64,000 nt of DNA. Origin: Cyanophora paradoxa CCMP329 (Eukaryota; Plantae; Glaucophyta). Every line of letters starts with the position of its first letter. Positions within the stretch are counted from its first letter, which is position 1. The position numbers and the translations under genes are program-made. The DNA lies in contig QPMI01000186.1 of the NCBI GenBank assembly GCA_004431415.1, positions 120,736 through 184,735 on the forward strand, given 5' to 3'. Under the pieces are notes generated by a model. The model ran no database searches and was not told the origin of the DNA. It saw only the letters and a program-made list of their open reading frames with translations. Below, in pieces: positions 13,168-21,940 of the stretch.

Positions 13168-14010
13168 ATGCCATCCTTCGTCACCGGCACGGCAGCCCTC
13201 CCAACGCAGACTCGGCAGCTCTCCGGGGCGCTACTCTCGCCCGCGCTGTCCCGCTTGGCGGACCGGCCTTGTCGCTCCGCTTCCCAGCGCCGGTCGTTTG
13301 GCTATGCCGCGCCGGCGGGCCCGGTCGCTTCGTCGTCCGCGGCGGCGGCCGACGCCGGGCCGTCGCAGCGCGCGCTGCGTATCGTGAAGGTGTGCGGGAT
13401 CACTTCGGTCGAGGACGCCGCGCTAGCGATCGACGCGTGTAAGGAGCTGGTCCCGGGGGTGCAGTCCTACATCGGCATGATCCTGTGGCCGAAGTCGATC
13501 CGCTCCGTGCAGCCGGAGACCGCGCGGGAGATCGCTTCGTATGTGCAGGGCCGCGGCGCGCGTCCCGTGGGCGTCTTCGTCGACGAGTCCGCGGACGAGA
13601 TGGCGGCGTACGCGGAGCGCATCGGCCTGGACATCGTGCAGCTGCACGGCGAGCCGGCGCGCGCGGCGTACGGGGACCTGCCGGCGAGCCTGGACCGCAT
13701 CGTCGTGTGCGACGTCGAGGACGACGGCAGCTACAGCGCGCCGGCCCTCGGCGACGGCGACCTCCTCCTCTTCGACCGCAAGGTCGCCGGCTCCGGCCAC
13801 TCCTTCGACTGGTCCCGCTTCCGGCGCCCCGCCGGCGGCACGAACTGGCTGCTCGCCGGCGGCGTCTCGCCCGACAACGTCGCGCGGGCCGTGCGCGAGC
13901 TGGACCCCGCCGGCATCGACGTGGCGAGCGGCGTCGCGGGGCCCGACCGCGTGCGCAAGGACCCGGCGCGCATGCGCCGCTTCTTCGAGGAGATCCGAGC
14001 CGCCCTGTGA
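13168..14010 (+). CDS. trpF: Phosphoribosylanthranilate isomerase, plastid-targeted, intronless
   Basis: Single ORF with VKVCGITSVEDA, VGVFVDE, QLHGE, GSGHSFDW, WLLAGGVSPDNV, GIDVASGV; about 70 aa Ser/Ala/Arg-rich leader starting MPSFV. Confidence 0.95.
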   Translation: MPSFVTGTAALPTQTRQLSGALLSPALSRLADRPCRSASQRRSFGYAAPAGPVASSSAAAADAGPSQRALRIVKVCGITSVEDAALAIDACKELVPGVQSYIGMILWPKSIRSVQPETAREIASYVQGRGARPVGVFVDESADEMAAYAERIGLDIVQLHGEPARAAYGDLPASLDRIVVCDVEDDGSYSAPALGDGDLLLFDRKVAGSGHSFDWSRFRRPAGGTNWLLAGGVSPDNVARAVRELDPAGIDVASGVAGPDRVRKDPARMRRFFEEIRAAL

Positions 14011-14125
14011 CCCGCCCTTTTAGCTTGGCTCCCCCCCCCCCTCCCCCCCCCCGCCCCGCCTCCTTGAGCTTCTCTGCAATCGCCTCCGGTTCCCCTCTCC
14101 TCTCGCCGGCCGCACGAATTATTCC

Positions 14126-15200
14126 CCATGGCCACTCCTCCCGGAGCCCCTTCCTCTAGATCTCCGGATCCCGAGGCCTACTGCTAGGCCTAGGATAGGC
14201 GCGCCTGTTTATGTCGGCGTCTTTCATGGATCACCGGATCATTTATCATGGATTCAACGTTAACTATAGCTAGTTATAAGCTTAAGGCATACAGCTCCGA
14301 GGGGCTCTAATGTAAAAGCTTAAGCTTCGGCCCGGCGGGACAAGTCTCAGAGTCTCCAGCTGCGCATGCCGTTGCATTAATATTGCCATGGCCAACCGCT
14401 CAACGCTGCCCGGTCGGGCCCCCGTCGGGCCGGCCAGCTATAGCTACTCTGCACTGCGGCAGCTGCGCATGCAGCTGTACAGGTGCACTGGGGCAATGCA
14501 GTGGACCCGGATGCGGACCGCGCGCGCCCCCCCGGCAGCCCATCGCAAGCCGCTGATCATGATCATGAGCTCATCGGATCATAACTCAGTGATCTAGAAT
14601 CATTGAAATTGATCATGAATCGCACAACTTGGCAACCGATACGTACTAGTACTACGGTAAACGCCGAGAAGAACGAAACAAACTAAATTCGATCGAAATC
14701 GAGCTACTAGGCTACTAGGACACACTATGATAGCTAGAGCCTCCGAGCCACTTGCACTGCGGCACCGTACGCGTGCAGCCTGGCAGCTGAAACTTCAATA
14801 ACGTTAACCCTACTGGCATTTTTTCCACAAGTAACACTCAGAGACTCAAAGTTGTATTTAAAAAAATTGGATGCATATGTACGCATACGTATAAATTCAT
14901 GAACAAATACTACGTATACAATACTGAATAAGAGAAATGCTGTCCGGCGATCGAAAGCTGACTTTACGCGCGCGCGGCGATTAGACGATCATGAAGCCAA
15001 AACCTGACCTGTGTACCGTGGTACAGCTAGCCTAGGGAATTTCAATACATAAATGAACTTGAAAGATGAGGGGGGCCGGCGGCGCCCAGGCCTAAAGCTC
15101 GATCTGGGAGGGCGAATTCGAAGTGAAAGCTAGCGCTGGCTGAGATCGATGTGCGGCGGGGCGCAGGCCTAGGTCTGGATGAAGAGAGGGTCGGGGGGGG
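14126..15200. other. AT-richer intergenic tract saturated with palindromic micro-scars (putative transposon excision footprints)
   Basis: At least 18 X-rc(X)-X 9-mers and 6 X-C-rc(X)-G-X 11-mers counted by eye in about 900 bp. Confidence 0.75.
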
Positions 15201-15214
15201 CTGGGAGAGGTGGC

Positions 15215-17919
15215 TCAGAAGGGGCCCGGGGGCAGCTCCGGGGTGCACATGTGGTCGGCGGTGGCGGGGGAGGCGGAGTCGCCGCTGCCGCTCGCCGGGC
15301 TCCAGCCGAAGCCGCCCGCCCCGCCCGGCGTCGGGCCCCCGCTCACGCTCGTCCCCGTCTCCGTGCTCTCCCCCCCGGGGCTCAGCGCCGCCGGGCACGG
15401 CGAGAGGGGGTACAGGCCCAGCTCGTAGAGCAGGTCCGTCGGGGGAGGCACCGGCGGGGGCGCCGCCTCCGACCCGCCCGACGCAGGGGCCGGGGCCGGG
15501 GAGGGCCCGGCTTGGGTGTGGGGGGCGGAGGCGGGCTCGGGGTACGACGGGCTGGGGGCGGAGAAGTCGAAGGGCGACGCGGGGGGGAAGCCTTGGCCAT
15601 GGGACGCGGCGTCGCCGCCTGCAGGCGTCGGCGGGTAGGAGGGGGCCGGTGCGAATGACGGGGCCGGAGGGTAGGAGGGGCCCGGTGCGAATGACGGGGC
15701 CGGAGGGTAGGACGGGGCCGGAGGGAAGGAGGGGGCCGAAGGAAACGAGGGGGTCGGAGGGAAGGAGGGGGCGGCGGGCGCGGGTGCCGGGGCGTGGGGG
15801 AGGCCCCAGGGGCGGGCCGGGGCCGCCGGCGGGCCGAACCTCATTCCGGGACCAGCGAAGAGCTCCGGAGGCGGCTGGGCCTGAGGCGCCGGCCCCGAGG
15901 GGTACGCGGGGGCGGGCTGGGCCGCCTGGGGCCCCTGGCCGCCGGCGGCTGCCCGTGGCCGTGGCCGTGCGCGCTCTGAGGGGGAAGCTCGCCGGCTGCT
16001 GCGGGGGGTACCCCACTGGCCATGGCCGGGGGGCCCGCGGGGCCAGGGGCCGGCGCCGCGGCCGCCGGCTGCGCGTGCCCGTGCCCGTGGCCGAGCGGGC
16101 CCTGCGCCGCCCCCGGGAAGTGGGGAGGCCCCCGGGGGTACACGCCGGACGCCGGGGCCGGGGCCGGGTGGGGGTAGGAGCCCGGGGCGGGGCAGAGGCC
16201 GGCGAAAGGGTTCTGGAGCACGGGCGGGCTGGGAAGGCCGGCCTTCTCCTTGAGGACCTGCGCGCGTCCCCGCTCAGCCGCGGGAAAGCTCCGGATCCGG
16301 CTCGAGCGTGACGTCACCTTGACGTTGGCGATGATGCGGTGGGCCAGCACGGGGTGCATTTGGCTGCGCGCCGCGCGGCTCGGACCCTGGGGCGCGCGAC
16401 GGGGCGGGGGGGGGGGGGGGGGGCGGGTGCACCTGATGGAGGGGTTGGCGCGGAAGGTGAAGAGGAGGGCGGAGTAGAAGTGGCGCTCCTCCTGCGCGAG
16501 CCCGTCCCTGCCGCCGGCCCGTCATGATCAGCGGCCGGCGCGCGCCGCGAGGGCCGCCCTCGCGCGCACCAGAGGGCCTTGATGCGGCGGCGGAGGAGGT
16601 GGTCGGGCGGCGCGCAGCCGACGTGGATGCGCAGGAAGGGCAGGTGCGCCCGCACGAAGGCCGATCGGTCCTGCCAGTCCTGCGGGGGGTCACGAGGGGA
16701 AAGTGAAGGGGAGCGAGGGAGCAGGCGCGGGGGCGCACGGGCCGGTCCGGGGAAGCGAGCACGCAGCGCTCGTCGTGGACCACGTGCATTGCGTCGAAGT
16801 GCGCGGCGAGACCTGCGGCCGGGCCGGCGCCGCGCGGCTGAGCGAGGGCGGAATCAGAGGGAGGGGGGCCGGCGCGCGCACCCGTCGAGGCCGGCGACTC
16901 GGGCGGCGGCGGCGGCGTTCCGACGGGGGTCTCGGGCGGCGGCGGGCCGACCGAGGTCGCCGCGACGAAGGGCACGTCTTCGACGGGGCCGGGGCCGCGG
17001 CCGGGGCCGAGTGGGGCTGGCGGGGCGGCGGCGGCGGCATGAGGGCGGTGGGCGTCGAGGCGCGCAGGGGCGCCGCGGGGTCAAACCCGGCGCCGGAGCC
17101 GGGGCCGGCGGGCTGGCCCGGGACGGTGGTGGGCGAGGGGGCGGGGGAGGAGACGGAGGCGGAGGAGGAGGCGGTGAAGGTCGGGCTGGGGCTCGCGCTC
17201 GGGCTGCCCGGCGGGGAGGAGCCGGCGCCGGCCGCCTCGGCCATGTCCGCGGCGGTGATGTTCAGCTGGAGAGGGAGCTGGAGCTGCTGCGCCACGGCGG
17301 CGCTCTGCGCGTACGCGCGCCACTGCGCGCCCCGCTGCTCGCTCCGCTCCGCCTTCACCCCGAACTTCGTTATCGAGCGGATCGCGTTCATGTGCGCGGA
17401 GGTGAGGCCGCTGGGGTCGCGGCCGCCGCGGCCGCGGCCGCGCCCCCTGCCGCGACCGGCGTTGGGGCCGCTCGAGGACATCGCCATTAGCTCGAGGCCT
17501 TCGACTTCGGCTTCGACGGCGTTCGCTTTGCGCTTGCCCGATGCTCTCGCCGCTGAAGGCGAAGGCTCTGCTGCACAAGCGCGACTCTCTGCTGCGTCGG
17601 TGGCTCCGGTGTCACCGGTCGCGGGGAGCAGCGGTGACGTCAAAACTGGCGTGAGCGGCGGAGGAGAAAGTTCCGCCGCTTCTGGGCGATGCGGCTGATC
17701 GTGCTCCTGATATTCTTGCCGCCCTGGACGAGGGCGCAGGCGGGCTGAAGGAACGCGGCCGACTGCAGCTGCAGCAGGGTTGGAGCGATATCCGTCGGGG
17801 GCGGGCGAGCTCTTTTGCTGCTGGCTGCTTCGGCGTTCGCCTGGCTTAGCTATAGGCTTGCTGGCGCGCAATCCCTTATCCGCCGTCGGGGAGCTGCTGC
17901 GGCTCCCCGAGGCCGCCAT
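15215..17919 (-). CDS. Low-complexity Pro/Ala-rich protein with a degenerate HMG-box-like segment
   Basis: Long ORFs 16690-17919 and 15215-15844 joined by short exons; spliced SAFVRAHLPFLR..PPDHLLRRRIKALWDGLAQEERHFY resembles HMG helices (W..L..EE+..Y); GRGRGRGRG motif. Confidence 0.5.
15632..15775 (-). repeat. 18-nt coding minisatellite encoding (A/T/G)PS(F/Y)(P/A)(P/S) hexapeptides, with a 36-nt higher-order unit
   Basis: ccggtgcgaatgacggggccggagggtag occurs twice; peptide APSFPPTPSFPSAPSFPPAPSYPPAPSFAPGPSYPPAPSFAPAPSYPP. Confidence 0.85.
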
Positions 17920-18339
17920 GGTTGCGCGCGAGCTCTCCTTTCGGGATTCAAGCGCCCAAAAAACGCGCGCTTTTCGGATTCACGCTAAGGGCTTCATGCA
18001 GATGCGATATCACACGAGGCCTAGATCGAGCTTTCAGGCCGCTAGAGTGTCATGCGAGGAAGATGAGCGGAATGAGCATCAGGCGCGGCGGGATTCTGCA
18101 TATCCCGGTGCGGGTCCTCCGGGATCCCGCGCCGGGATCGAAGTCATCCGATCCAGCGCGGCCGCGAGTCCGCGAGTCGACCGCGACCGTTATTTCCGAT
18201 TGATAACGCCCTGGGAAATTCGCGATCGAACAGTTTCGATCGTCGTCGAACCGTCGGGCTCTCGAGCTTCAAGCTCGAGCTCGCATTGCCTCGCAACGAT
18301 CGCGATTCGCGGATCGCGAGCGCGATTCGCTCGCTAATG

Positions 18340-20150
18340 GCGATTGATCAAAATGCGAGTATTATATATTATTATTGAAGCATTATAAATAATAGTTTAA
18401 TTTAGGTTTTCATGTGAATATTTTGCCAGTTACGTTCCGAATCCGACGCGTTCACGTATACAAACCGTACCCCGGTGCATAACGTTAAGAAATATATAAC
18501 TATAGTATTGCTGATTTCAATCGAAGTTAAATTCGATCTATTCTAGTAAATAGCCATTCTTATTATCACCAGCCACGAACTACAAGCTACTACGAGCTGC
18601 TACTAGGCTAGTAATAGCCTTCTAGTATATGTACTAATTATATAAGTAGCCTTCTTTCATTCATGGAGTTTAATAAAGAATAAATTTCACGTGCGGCCGC
18701 GGTGGCGATACGTGCACATGCACACTACGACGTACCGGCCTTAATTAATATAGCTTATAATTAGCAATGCTTTTATAATTATAGTTGAGAACAGCGCTAG
18801 CTACTAGCTAGACTTTTGCTAACTTTAGTAAGCTTTAAGCTAGTACAGTACATGTCTCGATAGATCAAGTCAATCGCCAATGATTCGCCATGTGTAATAT
18901 AATCTCATTTATATAAATCGCTTTCTGTTTAATAATATTAATGTGGGGAACTTGCAATTGGCGTTTACGTTGGCGATCATATTTGCGTATATATGTGCAT
19001 TTTTTAGTTTCTACAATAGATCACGACGATGAATCGGCCACGTGGGGATGTCACGGACGTTACTTTTTCAACGGCCGCAACGGGAAAAATGTTGACGTCA
19101 CCTTTGGGAACATGATTCCGGGCTCGATCTTCATAAATGCAAGAATCAACTCGCACGAAGCTTGCACCTGAACGAAACCATTTTTTGTTCGTGCCACACG
19201 ATCGGAACTGTGAATGAAAAAACGATCGGTGAAACTCAAGTTGCACAACTCTTCGTTCAGATCATACGACCGGAACCCTTATTATGAATGCAATTCGGAA
19301 AGGTTTCGCTCAAGTTGCACCGCATTTCGTTCGAGTCACAAGACTGGAACCCGTGAATCCACGAATGATCGGGCTCACCTGAACAAACCATTTTTTGTTC
19401 AAGTCATACGATCGGAGCTAGCGCTGTGAATCGATAAACGGTCCGTGAAACTCAAGTTGCACAACTTTTCGTTCAAATCATACGACCGGAACCCTTGCAT
19501 GCGCAGTTGAAATGCACTACGAATTTCAAAAGGTTCGCTCAAAAAATCCTTCGAACGGAATCCTCGAATGCATCATGGCATCGATATCTAGATCTCTTAT
19601 ATTAACTTTTTTGAAAATTGAAGCTGCAACGCTTTTCGTTCAAGTCATACGGCTGGATCCGTAATTCGAACCCTTGAATGCATAAACGATCGGTTTTCCT
19701 CAAGTTCTCCTGGACTGCTTTGATAATTTGCTCAAGCCGCTGAGCGCTGTGAGGCCCGGGCCTTACGTACACGCGCATATGCATGCGCATGCGCATGCAC
19801 ACGTTGACGTCGATCATCGGATGTTTCAAACTTGCAAATTGACTTTCGAGTCTCCCAAGCCCATGATCATGGTTTACGCATGCCATGATGCCATGATGCA
19901 TGCTTTCTAAAGCGATTCTACGTCGATATCTGATCGTGATCCGATATCGATGATCATGAGAATATGCATGAGTGGCACTAGCTCATTCATGATCAGCTGC
20001 AGGCTTTAATTTGGCTCACTGGTACGTGTAATGCAGCTGATTAATTACAAAGAGCATGATGAGATCAACGCGAAGCAGGATCAGATGACCTAGGCCTCGA
20101 AGATGGGAGGTAAATGTGAATCCGATGATCATCGGATGTACATGTGGCGG
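18340..20150. other. AT-rich intergenic tract with dense palindromic micro-scars
   Basis: ctactaggcta 18600, ttgcaattg 18951, agccgctgagc 19735, atgccatgatgccatgatg 19880, atccgatgatcatcggat 20120. Confidence 0.75.
19140..19710. repeat. Degenerate tandem repeat, about 65-85 nt monomer with an approximately 210 nt higher-order period
   Basis: tcaagttgcac..ttcgttc..tcatacgaccggaaccctt at about 19236, 19310, 19452 and 19618; cacctgaac.aaaccattttttgttc at about 19165 and 19376. Confidence 0.85.
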
Positions 20151-20162
20151 CCGGGCTCGTGG

Positions 20163-21833
20163 TCAGCAGTTGGAGGCTCCGACCTCCGCCTCGGCCTCCC
20201 TCACGATCTGGCGGGGGGCCGGGAGCTCGAGGGTGAGGGCGGCGGCGGGGGCCCTGGGCGCCCCGGCCCCCGAGGGCGCCGCGCACGGCGAGGAGCTGGG
20301 GCGCGATGTGCTCGTTCCCCGCGACGATGCCGGGGCCCAGGATGCTGCGCGCGCACGCGAGGTCGCCGCGCCGCGCGCGGGCCGGGGCGGCGGCCGGCGG
20401 CGGCGCCAGGCACCTGAAGGGCCCGCCGCGGGGGTCGCTCAGCGCTCCCCCGGCCTCCTCCAGGATCAGCGAGGCCGCCGCGTAGTCCCACGCCTGCCGC
20501 CGGTCCCTCTGCATGAGCTGCGCTGGCCAGGGGCGCCCGGGCGGGGAGCACCTTCCAGCCCCACGCGTAGATGCCCTCGCAGATGCCGCGCGCGATGTAG
20601 CACAGGTCTGTGAGCGCGGCGCATGAGAACTAGAGCCCGTCGGCGCCGCCCCGGGCCCGCAGCGAGAACCGCGTACCCAGGGCCCCGGAGCCGGACATGC
20701 GCATCGCCTGCGGGGCGCGCGCGGGGCGGGGTCAGGGCCCGGCAAATGACGACGAGACGGGGGAAGGGCGGGGCGCGCGCGCCTGCATGTTTCTCTCCAT
20801 GAGGCGGCGAAGGATGGCGAGGTTCTGCGCGCCGGCGCCGGTCAGGCCGGCCGGCGCCCCGCGGGGGCCCGGGCCCACGAGCGCACGATGTCGATGTTCT
20901 TCTTCGTCCGGTTGTACCTGCGGCGGAGCTCGGCGCCCCGCGGGCCCGCGGCCGGCAGGCGGCGCCTCACCCGTACTCGGTCATAACTGCGCGGCCGGCG
21001 GGGGACCGGTCAGCTAGCATGGCTCTGGCGGAGTTGGGGGGGGCGGGGCGGGCGGGCCGATGGACTTGTCGATGGTGGCGTGCGCGGAGACGCGGATGGG
21101 GCGCTCGTTGAGGAAGGCGCCCCCGCCCCGCACCGCCCAGTACATCTCGTCGGTGCACGGGTTGTCTGCCCGCCCCCGCGCGTCGGACAGCGCGAGAGAG
21201 GGGGCGGGGCGGGGCGGGAGGGAGGGAGGCACAGCAGACGCCGGCGACGACCTGCTGCTTCACGGCGCACGCCACACAGACCGCCACCTGTGCGGGCCCG
21301 TGAGGGACGGGCGGCGAGGGCCCCGCGGGTGCCAGCGCGCCTCGGGCCAGCTGTGCACGAAGTTCGTCGTCCCGTCGATCTGCCGCGTCGACCGCGGTCA
21401 GGTCGAGAGCTGTGGAGCTGCAGACCGCGCACCGGGTCGACGATCCACGTCGGCGCGTCCGTCAACTGGATCGTCGATTCGGCGCTGCGCGCGAGGCGTT
21501 CATGTGCAGCCAGCCGGGGCAAGCTCGGTTCGGCCAAGCTAAGAGTCCGCGCTGCACCTTTCTTCGCCGATGAAAATGTGCGTAGGGAATTTAGCGCGGA
21601 GACGGCTGAACACGATCTCCTCGGACCTGCGATCCGTCTCCGTCACAACTGCCGGCAGTTAGCCGCCCCGCTGGTTTGAGCGGCCGGCTTGCACGTAGCT
21701 AGCACGCACGATCGATCCCGCTGCTCTTGGTGTCGATGTTCTTGGGCCGGTTGATTGCCTCGCGCACGAGCGCCCCCGCTTCGCGCGCAACCTCCTTCGC
21801 CGCGCTGAGCAGCTCCTTCGGGTCCACCGACAT
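20163..21833 (-). CDS. IMPA: Inositol monophosphatase (IMPase/SuhB family), multi-exon
   Basis: MSVDPKELLSAAKEVAREAG..KSSGIDLVTETD..PTWIVDPIDGTTNFVH..EMYWAVRGGGAFLN..WDYAAASLILEEAGG. Confidence 0.93.
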
Positions 21834-21940
21834 CTAGAAGTGTGATATATAGCGGCAGCAAACCCGAGTCCGCAGCGGGGATCGTCGCAACAAAATCTGC
21901 GTATCCCTACTGGATCGCACAGCTGCCAGCAATTAGAGCG
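21834..21940. promoter_or_regulatory. Putative shared bidirectional promoter of IMPase and INO1
   Basis: Only 107 bp between the two divergent start codons; contains gatatatag. Confidence 0.55.

Noticed and set aside
14721-19520. CACTA pentamers (about 14723, 18723, 19515) as transposon termini
   Set aside because: No matching inverted TAGTG end with a 3-bp TSD and no transposase ORF, so these are consistent with chance.
19140-19710. Possible CRISPR array or LRR/FNIP-coding repeat
   Set aside because: The monomers are degenerate throughout, with no constant repeat plus unique spacers, no cas genes, a eukaryotic context and no sustained ORF.
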